DNA of 64,000 nucleotides from Leptolyngbyaceae cyanobacterium (GCA_965263355.1 CBDHHL010000056.1:1-64000); one strand, 5' to 3'. Positions 8,701 to 19,065 are shown, counted from the first letter of the stretch. Made by a program: numbers and translations. The notes: a model not told the origin generated them from the sequence alone.

Positions 8701-11700
8701 GGCCTGGGCTTCACGCGCTTCCTCACCTGCCTGAACAAAGGGCTGAGGGCCACCATATACTGGGGAAGAACCAAAGCGAGAGGTGAGGTGGTTATTGACC
8801 ACGGTCACCAGGTTGCCGTTGAAGGTGAAGTTGGCTACCAAGGGCAGACGAGTGCCTTCAAAGGCGGGGTCATTCTCAATGGCGGCAAAGGAATCTAGCT
8901 CAACCCGCTCTGGGTTATACAGGTAAGCGTTGCGGATGTTGCCACCGGGAACGCCGCCCTGGGTGCCGTCTTCGGGAGCGACATCGAAGAATGCATAGGT
9001 AGGACCACCGGCAGCAGCAATGGCATCTACCAGGGTCTGCAATGTTTCAGTGGCGTCCACTGTGCCATCGTCAGTCACACCGTTGTTATCCTGAATTTCT
9101 TGCAGGGCAACAATGTCAGGAGCATTCAGGTTAGTAACAATCTGTTCAGCCAGTAGGGCAAACTGTGCTGTGTCTGTGCCATCGGCTGCCAGGTTAAGCA
9201 CGTTGTAGCTAGCTACTGTCAGGTCACTGTCGCTGCCAGCAATACTAGTTACTTCCTGCTCTAAACCACCGGGAGTGATGTCAAACTCTTCAGTAACATT
9301 GACCTCGAAGTTACCGAAGCTGTAGCCCACAACACCAGTTACATCGCCAAGCTGGTCACCCACATTGAGAGCAGGAATGTCAAAGCCATCGGGCATGGTG
9401 TTGGGGTTAAGCTGAATCTGTACCCGCTCAGGGTTCTGGTCACCAGTGTTGTCGGGACCAGAGTTGAGGTTGATACTGCCGCGAGCAGTGAGACCATCTT
9501 CAGGCGTCACCCCTGCACCCTGGTTGGGTAGAGTAAATGCCTCGGCAGAGAATGGACTAAACACACGGGTGGGAGATACGGCTACGGCATCTTCCACAGT
9601 AACGCGCATACCTTCTAAGCTTTCGTAGAAGTCGATGGCGTCTTCGTTGGGGTCAAAGTTACCGGCGTCTTCCTGGAGGTTAACGGGTAGCTCATCTTCG
9701 CTGATAACAGTTTCGCTGGGAGCCAGACGACCGCTCTCACCAATAACAACTGCAGCAGGTAGCTCATTGTCAGAGGAAAGAACCACTACATCGGGGTCTC
9801 TCATCTGAGTGGTGGAAAGGTTACCAGTGCTAGCACCGCCAGGAATAAATTCGCTGACTACACCAAACAGACGCACCTCATCACCAACGCTAACGGTGGG
9901 GCTATCGCTAGTGGAGATAAACAGACCTTCGGAAGTGGCATCATTGCCATCGTCAGTACCCTGGACATAAAAGCCACGGAAATCTACCGCAGTCACAATG
10001 CCTTCGGTCTGAACCAGCTCACCTTCAAGTGGGGAAATGTGGCCTTCGCCCTGAATCTCAGAGATGGTGGCAGAGTCCACATTGGTTTCGTAGATAGCCA
10101 GGGTATTGGAAACTTCGTTAGCAACTGCTAATAGAGGCTGACCATTGGGGCTATCTTCTGCCGAGATAAAGGTGAGACCCTCGGGGGCGATATCCTCATC
10201 GCTGCGGGCATATTGCACAAACTCAGGATTAGTGGGGTCGCTAAGGTTAAACACCATCACACCGCCACCGGCACGCTCTAGACCTACAAAGGCAAAGGGC
10301 ACACCGCCGATTTCACCGGTAGTTACGGCCTCCGGCTCAGCACCCTTGTTATCAGAACGAGTGTCGAAGTCCTCGGGGCTACCGTTGTTGGCATTAAATA
10401 GGTCAGGCGTCTGCTCAGCCGTAATCTCAGCAATCAGACTGCCGCTGTCATACACCTGGTTGCCGTTCTCATCCCAGATGGAGAAGGAACGACCCCCATA
10501 GGAGAACAGCTGGTCGAGGTCACCGTCACCATCAATGTCACCATCGATAGTGGAGATGGCCAGACGACCCAGGTTCTCATCTTCGGTTAGGGTGGGGTCA
10601 ATGCTCTCGTCTAGGGCTAGACCTGTGCGGCCAAAGGAGATTACATCGGCCAGGTCACCTAGACGAACTGCGTCACCACGCTCGTCTTCGTCAGCATCAC
10701 CGCGATCGTCACCTTCATTCGCTGTGATGTAGAAAGTTTGACCATTGGCTTCGAAGGAGGCGATGGAGTCTGGCATAAACAAGCCAAATACGGGCTGGTT
10801 TTGGATGTTGATAGCACCGTCGCGATCGCTAGCATCCAATCCATTGCTAGCCCCGTCTGCAGCCTCACCGGCAAAGTCAATCAGACCCAGCTGAACCGCT
10901 TCAGCACCGGCTTCTAGACCAAAGTCGTTGTCGTTAAGGACAGCCAAACGACCATCGGGCAGCAGTGCCAAACCTTCGGGCTTATCGGACGGCAAGTAAC
11001 CGATGGAAGGCAGGTTAGTCACCTTGATCTTGTTAACTGGCTGGATACCAGCGGCAGCCAAGTCATCGGGAGTTTGCTGCTCTAGAGTTTCTCCACCAAA
11101 GTCCTGACCTAGAACGTTAGTAGCACCCTTGATGTCCACTTCAAAGACAAACTTCTGAGCAGTGGGGTCCAGGGCAGAATCCCGCTCCATGACAAAGAAT
11201 TTGCCGTCACCTGCATAAACTGCATCACCGATTTTGTCGACGTTGTTGCCTAATTCAGGATCCTGTAGCAGGTAAACATATTCAGCAACGGGCTCACCGG
11301 TTTCAGGGTTAATACCAATCATGCGGATGACGCTGGAGGCATCGCCATCGGCACGGGTGGGGTTGCTCATGGGAGTCTGGATAAAGGCATAGACGATGTT
11401 CTCGTCAGTATCCAGAGCTAGACCTTCAAACCCACGGTTACGGCGACGGTTGAGGTATTCCTCGGGCAGTGTTTCAGTACCAAAGGTGCCCTCTGCAAAT
11501 GTAGTACCAGGGTTGGCTTCGTTTGCCTGGTCAACGGTGCCGTTGGGAACAAACCGGTCAATCAGGGTGCCATCTGCATTGAAGTGGTAGATAGCAGGAC
11601 GGTACTCATCCACCATCCAGAAGCTGCCATCCTCAGCACGGACAATGCCCTCCAGGTCAGCACCTAAGGGGTCAAAGTCAGAACCAAATTCAGCGGCATC

Positions 11701-12861
11701 TAGCTGAGTTAGGTCAGCCAGGTCAACAGGATTCTGCTCAGCGTCAACGGCGGTGCGGTCCACATTGGGAATGTTGGGCAGACCTGTGATTGGCGTACCA
11801 TCGGCCTGAGTTAGGAACAACTCATCGGTGATAGCCACTTCACCAGTGGCTTCGTTTAGCTCCAGGGAAACTACGCGGGACTGATAGTCAGGTAGCAAGA
11901 AAGCACGGGACTCAGTGCTGCCGTCGCCATCCAGGTCTAGGGGGTCACCGTTGGGGCCACGGTCGGGTACGGCCAAGAACTTGAGGTTGCCGTTTTCAGC
12001 GACGCCATCAAACCAAAGACCGGAGAAGCCACCCAGCTCGATGGTCTCACCAGTGGCGGTAGTTAGGGCATCACCACCGTTGGTGATATCGCCCCGGTCA
12101 GTGATGTCGAAAGTAGTCAGGTTGGGTAGACCCTGGCTAAAGTCCTTAGCACCTAGGGGAACAATCCCTTCTACTTCGTTAGTTTCTAGATCGATAACTG
12201 CCAGGGCGTTGTTTTCCTGCAGGGTGACAAAGGCCTGGGAACCATCGGGGGAAACGGCCACATATTCAGGTTCAAAGTCTTGGGCGGCACCGGCATCGGG
12301 GAAGATGCGTACACCATCAGCTCGCAGGTCAGCTTCACGACCGTTAAAGGCGTCAAACCCGACGGTGGTTACACTAGCCTGGGAAAGACCGGCAACACCC
12401 CCGGAGATATCGATAACGCTAACGGAACCATCAGGATCCACACCGCCATCGGGCTCACCTTCGTTGGCGGTGAGAATTTTTGTGCCGTCGGGGCTAAAGA
12501 CAAGGTTGTCGGGTAATGCACCGACTTGCACTACCTGGAATGCAGTGAGGTCACCACCTGCCAAAGCTGCAATGTCGGCAACGGCAACAAACCCAGGGTC
12601 GGTTTGGGGGTCAGCACCGATTGCGATCGCAACCATGTCATTCCCCACAGCAACACTATTCACCCCATCCACATTGGGAATTAAATCGGCTATATCCAGC
12701 ACGCTCAGTAAGTCAGGGTTGCTGGGGTCAGCCAGACTAAACACCTGAACTTCAGTGCTACCACTGACCACAAACAGGGATAACGTGCTTGGGTCAAACG
12801 CGGTAATCTCAGCGCCAATGTCGCTGGTTGCACTACCAATTCTCTCTAAAAAATCTGCCAT
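5773..12861 (-). CDS. Giant secreted multidomain phosphatase/nuclease: atypical alkaline phosphatase (choice-of-anchor I type) with inserted phytase-like domain, OB-fold + EEP nuclease, 5'-nucleotidase, RTX tail
   Basis: TANEGEP, RSDNKGAEPE; DRGPN/DEYRP/NRGFEG/NDNDFG; ASYNVLN, LQEIQD, GDLN, SDHEP; LLHAADQE, GNHEFD, GGGIR, GRFPQVSG; GGxGxD repeats. Confidence 0.88.
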   Translation of the reverse strand: MADFLERIGSATSDIGAEITAFDPSTLSLFVVSGSTEVQVFSLADPSNPDLLSVLDIADLIPNVDGVNSVAVGNDMVAIAIGADPQTDPGFVAVADIAALAGGDLTAFQVVQVGALPDNLVFSPDGTKILTANEGEPDGGVDPDGSVSVIDISGGVAGLSQASVTTVGFDAFNGREADLRADGVRIFPDAGAAQDFEPEYVAVSPDGSQAFVTLQENNALAVIDLETNEVEGIVPLGAKDFSQGLPNLTTFDITDRGDITNGGDALTTATGETIELGGFSGLWFDGVAENGNLKFLAVPDRGPNGDPLDLDGDGSTESRAFLLPDYQSRVVSLELNEATGEVAITDELFLTQADGTPITGLPNIPNVDRTAVDAEQNPVDLADLTQLDAAEFGSDFDPLGADLEGIVRAEDGSFWMVDEYRPAIYHFNADGTLIDRFVPNGTVDQANEANPGTTFAEGTFGTETLPEEYLNRRRNRGFEGLALDTDENIVYAFIQTPMSNPTRADGDASSVIRMIGINPETGEPVAEYVYLLQDPELGNNVDKIGDAVYAGDGKFFVMERDSALDPTAQKFVFEVDIKGATNVLGQDFGGETLEQQTPDDLAAAGIQPVNKIKVTNLPSIGYLPSDKPEGLALLPDGRLAVLNDNDFGLEAGAEAVQLGLIDFAGEAADGASNGLDASDRDGAINIQNQPVFGLFMPDSIASFEANGQTFYITANEGDDRGDADEDERGDAVRLGDLADVISFGRTGLALDESIDPTLTEDENLGRLAISTIDGDIDGDGDLDQLFSYGGRSFSIWDENGNQVYDSGSLIAEITAEQTPDLFNANNGSPEDFDTRSDNKGAEPEAVTTGEIGGVPFAFVGLERAGGGVMVFNLSDPTNPEFVQYARSDEDIAPEGLTFISAEDSPNGQPLLAVANEVSNTLAIYETNVDSATISEIQGEGHISPLEGELVQTEGIVTAVDFRGFYVQGTDDGNDATSEGLFISTSDSPTVSVGDEVRLFGVVSEFIPGGASTGNLSTTQMRDPDVVVLSSDNELPAAVVIGESGRLAPSETVISEDELPVNLQEDAGNFDPNEDAIDFYESLEGMRVTVEDAVAVSPTRVFSPFSAEAFTLPNQGAGVTPEDGLTARGSINLNSGPDNTGDQNPERVQIQLNPNTMPDGFDIPALNVGDQLGDVTGVVGYSFGNFEVNVTEEFDITPGGLEQEVTSIAGSDSDLTVASYNVLNLAADGTDTAQFALLAEQIVTNLNAPDIVALQEIQDNNGVTDDGTVDATETLQTLVDAIAAAGGPTYAFFDVAPEDGTQGGVPGGNIRNAYLYNPERVELDSFAAIENDPAFEGTRLPLVANFTFNGNLVTVVNNHLTSRFGSSPVYGGPQPFVQAGEEAREAQAQALNDFVDSIVDTNPDAKVIVLGDLNTFEFTNDLAEILPGTGDEQVLTNLVDQAIAADDAYTFIFDGNSQVLDHLFVTDSLLEGAEFDIVHVNNDFTRDDNGALFTDTVVASDHEPLVAKFTLEEVTPEPSTFTLQLLHAADQEAGIPALDDAPNFSAVLNALRDDFDNTVTLSSGDAILPGLFFSASEEVFGGQGRADILIQNELGFEAIALGNHEFDLGTGLLSDLIAGVDDDPTTPDVDESFVGAQFPYLSSNLDFSTDENLADLVVADDKAPEPNSLAATTVLTVGGEKIGIVGATTPTLPIIASPDGVTVLPEDFDGTPTAEQLDALAAEIQQDVDEMLALNPGLNKVVLLSHMQQISIEQELATRLSGVDIIVAGGSNTRLTDENDRLRDGDESQGTYPIFTTDADGNPVAVVNTDGNYKYVGRLVVDFDENGIIIPESYDSAVSGAYATDDEGVAALGAEGLVDPEVQAIVDALEEVIVAKESNVFGISDVYLNGVRASVRTEETNLGNLTADANLAIAKEADDSVVISLKNGGGIRDDIGRVVIPAGGTGEPELLPNEEIPGVKPEGGISETDIANTLRFNNGLTLLTITAEELLAVIEHGVAATEEGETPGRFPQVSGLEFSFDPSAAPNDRVQSLVVLDEEGNDADVIVENGELVGDASRTFRMVTLSFLAGGGDGYPFPERDVVQLAQEDDAARTGVATFAPDGSEQDALAEYLAANFGTAETAFADADVSPEEDARIQNLAFREDTVIDGGSTGGGGTDSGTDGGTDGGTDGGTDSGTDDGVEPDADVAGTGGDDILAGGEGDQIISGGNGDDILRGDLNNRYPQGRSGGDDAIFGGAGNDRIGGKGGNDLLFGDEGDDMIWGDDGVDLLVGGLGNDTLTGDNFSDGEGSDTFAYAVGDGTDIITDFEVGIDTIGLLDGLSFGAITQTVQGNDLLLGTGSETLAVLQGVTAPLAETSFQQFFA

Positions 12862-12896
12862 GATCTCTCCACAAGTAAAATCGCGTTATATACAGC

Positions 12897-12947
12897 CCCC
12901 ATATCCCACGGGGAGAAGTTGGGCTGATAGCTTCTCCCCGCATGGGG
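12897..12947. terminator. Strong intergenic hairpin between the two phosphatase genes
   Basis: CGGGGAGAAG (12909-12918) / CTTCTCCCCG (12931-12940), plus outer CCCCAT/ATGGGG. Confidence 0.6.
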
Positions 12948-12950
12948 TCG

Positions 12951-15900
12951 TTAGATTTGAATGAAGGACTCAGGGGCCAGGGACGTTACCCCCTGAACCA
13001 GAGCCAGAGTTTCATCTGCAGTACCTAATAACAAGTCACTACCCTGGACAGTTTGAGTGAGCTGTCCAAGACTCAACCCATCGGCTAGACCCATGAGATC
13101 TACACCGACTTCAAAATCAACGATGGTGTCTGTGCCTTCGCCAATAGCCAGCACAAACGTGTCGATACCGCTGCCACCGGAGTTGTTATCTCCCGTGAGG
13201 GTGTCATTCCCTAAACCACCACGCAGCAGATCGTCGCCATCATCCCCCCAAATTTGGTCGTCACCGGCATCACCAAACAACGTGTCATTGCCGGACTTAC
13301 CGCCGATGCGGTCATTGCCGTTACCACCGTAGATTAAGTCGTCACCGCCAGCTTCACCGGTTTGGGCATCACGGGAGTTGCGATCGCCCCGTAGTACGTC
13401 ATCCCCGTCACCACCGAGAATCACATCGTCACCCAAAGCACCCGCCAGCAGGTCATCCCCAGCTAGACCAGCTAGTTTACTGCTTTCATCACCGTTTACT
13501 AGCGCATCATTTGTCTCAGAGCCACCCAACACATTTGTTTCTGGATTCACCACAAACTGACTGAGAATAGTCGGCTCTTGATTAATGATGGATTCCGGAT
13601 TGGCCAACAGTTCGGCTTCGGTATAGCCATCAATCCCCCAGGTGGTTACAGTTAACGCTTGGGTGACGGGGTCAATTTCAAACTCAGTCCAGGTGGAGCT
13701 ATGACCGACGTAGTAAGAACCCTGTAACAAGGTGGCATCAATTAGTCCCTCAGCCTGGGGTAGATTGTTATCTAAACCGATGGGGTCATAACCCAGGGGC
13801 GTTAGCAGCACATCGTTAATGGCTGCCTCGACAAAGTCGTCTTTATCGTTAGGAATGTTATCTCCATCCGGTGCAATTGGCAGACTGTCATAAAACGCTC
13901 TCAGTGCAGGGTCACCAGCAGTAAAGACTTCACCTAAGAAGCGACCTGTAGGATCTTCATAGGCCACTGCCCCCGTGGTCACCTCAAATGCGCTAGTCGC
14001 AATGTGCTCACCAAAGGGCACTTCCTGATAGGTGATGTTGTTAACCGATGTCATGTGGACATCAGCGGCAACAAACACCACGTTTTCAATGTCATTCGCA
14101 TCGATAAACTTCAGAATTTCAGTCCGCTCAGCGTTATAGCCATCCCAGGCATCGGTATTGATACCAGGGAAGAGATTCTGGAAGGGCTCTGGCACCATAA
14201 TGAACTTCCAGGTCACTCCAGATGCTTCAGCATCCAGCAAATCTGCCTTGAGATCTTCAAGCTGAACCTCGCCCATCAAGGTACGACCAGGGGTAAATGT
14301 AGCGGCTAGTGTAGTGGCTACATCGTTGGGGTCAAAGGCATTGGCAGGTCCAGGAATCGCGGTGTCTCGGAAGGAACGGGTATCCAACACAAATGTAGCG
14401 GCATCACTCCCAAAGGTGTTATAGCGGTAAAGCTTACGCTCACCTTCTGTAACCGGATCGCCGGTCTCACCATAGAATTCATCCCGAATTGGGTTGTATT
14501 CCTGGAAGACCTGGAGACCGTTCTCATAGAGAGTACTGTCGTTGATAAGTGCGTTTGGATCATCGCCAGGAAACGCTTCTAGGAAACGGTCGTCAGTGCC
14601 AAGAGGCTGACCACCCGCAAAGTCGTTTGTCACTTCATGGTCATCAATGGTGGCATAAACTGACGTAGAGGCCCGCACATCAGCCCACACATTTTGACCA
14701 AAGCGCTGACCATAGACTTCATTGTGCTTAGCGCGAAACTCATCCACGGTGACTGCCTGATCACTAGGAGTACCATCAGGATTCAGCACCGCCGGAGAGT
14801 CATCATCGGCATAGATGGTGTCGCCATGGAGCAAGAAGAAGTCGAGATTTTTCTCAGCTACATTGCTAATGGATGGATAGGGAGCAATCTCACCACGCCA
14901 GTCGCCCGTCACACCAAAGTGTAGACCGGTTTGTTCCCCGGCAACAGCGGCAGTTTCAAACCGACCGACTTCGCTATCGCCTGCGGCATCGGTTACCCGA
15001 TAGAAGTATTCAGTGTCAGCGTCTAGACCCTGCACATCTACTTTCACCGGCTGGTTGATTTCGGTCACCGTTGCAGTGGCTGTACCAGCAATAGAGCTAA
15101 AGTCCTCACTGGTGGAGTACTCAAATGTGACCTCACCGGGGAACGTGCTGCGGGCCCATAGCACCACAGAATCTTGAGTAACATCGCCACTGGCCACACC
15201 GTTGACCAGGGAATGTACCCCAGGATTGCGGGGGTCGTAGCTAGTGGGATCAATGTCTAGGGGATTCTCAAAAGAACCGGCCACCGATTCCCAGGGAACA
15301 AACTTAAAGTTGGTGCTGTTGTTTTCTAGCTCTTCGTCATCCTCAACTACATTCTGAGGATCGTTAGCACCATCTTGCAGCACCAATAAGCCATTAGGAA
15401 ACGCAGAGCCCACCGGCACGTTAATCACATCCAGGCCATCACTTTCGTTTACCTGGTCAATGTCGCCATTGCCGCCTACAACAAAGCTGCCCAGGTATTC
15501 GTTAGTGCCCTCACGGCTAAACACTGCGTAGGAGGAATCTCCCTGGCTGTTGGCGATTAGATAACCGCTGCCATCGGCACCATAGTAGATGCTCAGCCCT
15601 TCAATATCGGGGACCAGATAGTCAGCGTCAACGGGCTGAACTACCTGGAAGTCATCACCACCATTGGGTTCCGCAGAGAACTTCAGAATGCCAACTTCGT
15701 CTTCAAGCGCCACGTACAGGAAGCCCAATTCCTGGTCAATCACAATACCCTCGGACTGGGAATCGGCTGCATCCCCTGTGGGCACTGGCAGATCTAGTAC
15801 TCGAACCACATGGGCACTGACCTTACCGCCATCGTCTACCAGCTCTAGCTGAGCCACCTGGTTACCGTCGGCCTGGGTAACAAAGGCATAGGATGTACCA

Positions 15901-18593
15901 GAAACAGGACTGGTGTAAGTGGCTAACCCGTAAGCCGTGGCCTCACCATCGTCCACACCAAAGATAGTTTCGAGAATACCGTCAGCGGTAACGTCCTCTA
16001 GCTGCTGATTGTCAGGGTTCACCTTGAAGATTGCCAGGGTGTCATTTTCGCGATCGCTAGCCACCGCCAGGTCAACGCTCTCACCACCCAGTTCAAAGCC
16101 GTAGACCAAATCCACATTGTTATAGCGGAAGCCACCAAATTCCTCAGGGGCAACAGTTTGTAAAACATTACCCTGAAGATCAAAGGTGGCCAGACCGCCA
16201 TCCTTAAGTGTGCCGATGACCAGACTCTCATCCCCATTGTCAGGGTTCACCCAAATCGCCGGATCATCCGAGTCACCGATTAGGGGAGTCTCTGCCTCTT
16301 CATCATCCTGAGTCAGGGGCGTTTCTACCACTGGCAATACCGCAGGCGTGGTATCAAAATCAACGGCAAAGGCCAGAAACTGAGTGAACTGACCATTGGG
16401 GTTGAAATTGTTGTCACTGGCAATAATCAGCGTCTGACGACCGTCCTCTAATGTAGGACCAAAGGCCAACGCCTCCAGATTATCAGGGGCAATCCCTAGA
16501 TCCGCTTCAATATCGAGAATTTCCCGCTTAATCACAGCCGGATCAATCTCGAAGGGGGCAGGGGGTAACACCTCCCCATCATCCTCTAAGGGCTCCTCAC
16601 GGAAAAGGTCGTCGGTGTTGAGCACATCCAGCGCACCTTGGGTCTGAATCTCAAACAGTTTGACCGTATTGCCCTGACCAACAGAAAAGCCACGCTCTAG
16701 CGCTAGCAATGTGCCATTGTTATCCACCGCCAGTAGCTCAACCAGACCGTTGGTATTAAAGGAATCAGCCGGGATAGGCTCCTCAGGAACAGCTTCTACC
16801 TCGTATACATAGGAGGCAACGGGCTCACCTGTCGTCAAGTCATACTTAAGAATGCGGGACAGACTGCCCTCGTCAACGCTGGCAGCAGGTCCATCCTGGA
16901 ATAGAGCATTCTCAGTCGCTGTATAGAGATAGCGCTGGTCGGGCGTAATCGTTAAACTCTCAAAGGCCAGATTATTGCGAATACCACTAGACTGGTCTGC
17001 TGTGGGGAAGTAAATATCAGGAATAGGCAGATCCTGAATATACTCAGCGGACAGCGAAATCTCACGAATAAAGGGATCAATCAGCGCATTAGCATCCCCT
17101 TCGGAAGACACATAAAGGGTGCCACGACTGGTGAGGGCAATGCCCTCTGGATCGAGATCGCCATCGGCAAACGGCTCACCATCGGTATCCAATAGCTGGG
17201 TGACATCAGAGAAGGTGACATCCCCGTCATCAAGGGTGCCATCACTCAGGTCAATGTCAATGGTATAAAAGCGCGCGTCTGAACTGCGGTCATCGGCCAG
17301 CGCGTAGTAAACATTACGGGTTGCATCATAGGCAAGACCCGACAGCCCCCCCACCTCAGTGTCAGAGAATTCAAATCCTGTTGGGAACTGAACTTCCCCT
17401 AGGAATTCAATCCCACTAACAGATTCACGGTTCTGTGCTGCACCTTCAGACGGAGGAATCGTTACATCCGTATACACCAATCTGTGGTCAGATGTGGGAA
17501 ATTCTGCCAAGGGGAAAAGTGGGTCGGTGCTTTCCTGCCAAAAAACTTGCGCATCTTCAATCACAAGGTTATTTGATGGCAAAACGTAATCTACCCGTAG
17601 ATTTCCAGGGGGATTGTCATTACTTGGATCGTCAAAATTAAAGCCAAAGTCAGCTGTATCAAAAGCAGGATCACCCAAATGAGTAGTATTAGCCCCACCT
17701 TGACGAATCGCTGCATCAGGACCACCTGCACTGGAAGGGGTTGCCGATACATTGACCAGGGGATTATCCAATAGCTGCAAAATGGCATTGTCAGTACTGT
17801 CGCCATCGTAGGGATCGGCGTTTTGATCCCCCATGATGACAAACCGTTCACCATCCCCTAAACCGCCCGTAGCGCCTTGATCGTCATAGATATAGTCACC
17901 GGCACCGGGGGTAATATAGTCACTCCAGAAGCGAATCTCATCATGGTTGCGAGTTCCGTTGCGATCCTCTTCCCCATCAAACACTGGCGGAGTAGGATGA
18001 CTCACCAACACATGCACCGTTTCACCGTCTACCTCAATGGGGACATCCCAGTGACTTTTGGATGAAAGGCGGAAAATGTCTAACTCTGCTTCCGAGTACC
18101 AATCCTGGGGCTCAGGTGTGCTGGGATCATCGGGCAGTAAAGCTCCCGGCATATCTTTCCACAAAAAGTTCTGAAACGTGCGAACGTTCTCAGTATCGAT
18201 GGGATGCTTGGACAACAGCACCATGCCAAACTGACCTGGGAAAAACCCAAACCCAAAGGCGTCGCCTGGGCCATCGGTGGTCCCATCGTTATCAAAATCA
18301 GCTCCAGACGGTATACCTGTGTTGGAGGGAGCAATATAAACGTAGGGATACTCAACCGGAGTTTCACCACTTTCTAAATAGTTTGTTTTGAACAGTTCAA
18401 CGGCTTCACCGCTGTCATCATAATCAAACTCGTTAATCAGTAATACGTCTGGGTTGGCCTGTTGAATAATGGCAGCAACAGATTGAGCTTGAACATCATC
18501 TGGAGTAGAAAGATTATCTATAAGTTCTCCAGAATTGCTGCGGTTGAGAGAGGCATTAAATGTAGCGAATCGAATGGATGCAGACTTTGACAT
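12951..18593 (-). CDS. Giant secreted multidomain protein: EEP-family domain, phytase-like domain, beta-propeller phytase, PhoD alkaline phosphatase, RTX tail
   Basis: ATFNASLNR/INEFDY/SDHR; GGLSGL/NNLAFES/SDNNF; DSDDPAIW/YNNVD/SDGLD; GVASGD/HGDTIYAD/DDHEVTND/LDTRSFR; likely ATG at 18593. Confidence 0.88.
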   Translation of the reverse strand: MSKSASIRFATFNASLNRSNSGELIDNLSTPDDVQAQSVAAIIQQANPDVLLINEFDYDDSGEAVELFKTNYLESGETPVEYPYVYIAPSNTGIPSGADFDNDGTTDGPGDAFGFGFFPGQFGMVLLSKHPIDTENVRTFQNFLWKDMPGALLPDDPSTPEPQDWYSEAELDIFRLSSKSHWDVPIEVDGETVHVLVSHPTPPVFDGEEDRNGTRNHDEIRFWSDYITPGAGDYIYDDQGATGGLGDGERFVIMGDQNADPYDGDSTDNAILQLLDNPLVNVSATPSSAGGPDAAIRQGGANTTHLGDPAFDTADFGFNFDDPSNDNPPGNLRVDYVLPSNNLVIEDAQVFWQESTDPLFPLAEFPTSDHRLVYTDVTIPPSEGAAQNRESVSGIEFLGEVQFPTGFEFSDTEVGGLSGLAYDATRNVYYALADDRSSDARFYTIDIDLSDGTLDDGDVTFSDVTQLLDTDGEPFADGDLDPEGIALTSRGTLYVSSEGDANALIDPFIREISLSAEYIQDLPIPDIYFPTADQSSGIRNNLAFESLTITPDQRYLYTATENALFQDGPAASVDEGSLSRILKYDLTTGEPVASYVYEVEAVPEEPIPADSFNTNGLVELLAVDNNGTLLALERGFSVGQGNTVKLFEIQTQGALDVLNTDDLFREEPLEDDGEVLPPAPFEIDPAVIKREILDIEADLGIAPDNLEALAFGPTLEDGRQTLIIASDNNFNPNGQFTQFLAFAVDFDTTPAVLPVVETPLTQDDEEAETPLIGDSDDPAIWVNPDNGDESLVIGTLKDGGLATFDLQGNVLQTVAPEEFGGFRYNNVDLVYGFELGGESVDLAVASDRENDTLAIFKVNPDNQQLEDVTADGILETIFGVDDGEATAYGLATYTSPVSGTSYAFVTQADGNQVAQLELVDDGGKVSAHVVRVLDLPVPTGDAADSQSEGIVIDQELGFLYVALEDEVGILKFSAEPNGGDDFQVVQPVDADYLVPDIEGLSIYYGADGSGYLIANSQGDSSYAVFSREGTNEYLGSFVVGGNGDIDQVNESDGLDVINVPVGSAFPNGLLVLQDGANDPQNVVEDDEELENNSTNFKFVPWESVAGSFENPLDIDPTSYDPRNPGVHSLVNGVASGDVTQDSVVLWARSTFPGEVTFEYSTSEDFSSIAGTATATVTEINQPVKVDVQGLDADTEYFYRVTDAAGDSEVGRFETAAVAGEQTGLHFGVTGDWRGEIAPYPSISNVAEKNLDFFLLHGDTIYADDDSPAVLNPDGTPSDQAVTVDEFRAKHNEVYGQRFGQNVWADVRASTSVYATIDDHEVTNDFAGGQPLGTDDRFLEAFPGDDPNALINDSTLYENGLQVFQEYNPIRDEFYGETGDPVTEGERKLYRYNTFGSDAATFVLDTRSFRDTAIPGPANAFDPNDVATTLAATFTPGRTLMGEVQLEDLKADLLDAEASGVTWKFIMVPEPFQNLFPGINTDAWDGYNAERTEILKFIDANDIENVVFVAADVHMTSVNNITYQEVPFGEHIATSAFEVTTGAVAYEDPTGRFLGEVFTAGDPALRAFYDSLPIAPDGDNIPNDKDDFVEAAINDVLLTPLGYDPIGLDNNLPQAEGLIDATLLQGSYYVGHSSTWTEFEIDPVTQALTVTTWGIDGYTEAELLANPESIINQEPTILSQFVVNPETNVLGGSETNDALVNGDESSKLAGLAGDDLLAGALGDDVILGGDGDDVLRGDRNSRDAQTGEAGGDDLIYGGNGNDRIGGKSGNDTLFGDAGDDQIWGDDGDDLLRGGLGNDTLTGDNNSGGSGIDTFVLAIGEGTDTIVDFEVGVDLMGLADGLSLGQLTQTVQGSDLLLGTADETLALVQGVTSLAPESFIQI

Positions 18594-18800
18594 GGCAAAT
18601 AACAGCCTGGGGTAAGACAACAGGCAGAGGGATGAAATAGGATTTCTGGCTTGACGCTAAACCACCTCCAAACAGAAAGTTGCCGTTCCTCCATAGAAAA
18701 ACGACGGTCTCAGATATGGAAGAGGTTTAATCAGGAAGCTCTACTGAGCTATGTCCCCTGAGCGATAACTAAAACTAAGTGGTAATTATCAAACAAGACA

Positions 18801-18819
18801 AGGTTAAGAAGAGATTAAT
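18801..18819 (-). promoter_or_regulatory. Pho box (SphR/PhoB-type) upstream of the phosphatase genes
   Basis: Minus strand ATTAATCT-CTT-CTTAACCT: two 8-mers at 11-bp spacing matching the cyanobacterial CTTAACCT consensus. Confidence 0.6.
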
Positions 18820-19065
18820 AAGGCTATCCCCATCTGCTCGATATATCAACGTAGTTAGCTGTCGCCCGACTTGCACGATAGTGAGCTTAGGTAAAGAGAG
18901 GTTTATGGAAACATTATCTCCCTGACAACAATCCGGACGGAAATAAGAACTTCACAAGAACTTTTTATTCAACAATTTTTTATACTTTAATTGTCATTTT
19001 TTTAGGACTCTTGTGTGGTATTGAAACGACAGGTGAGAGTGGGATAAGTATTAATGTTATAAATG

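Noticed and set aside
6017..18391. Many plus-strand ORFs antisense to the giant phosphatases
   Set aside because: Ser/Pro-rich shadows caused by codon bias of the real minus-strand genes
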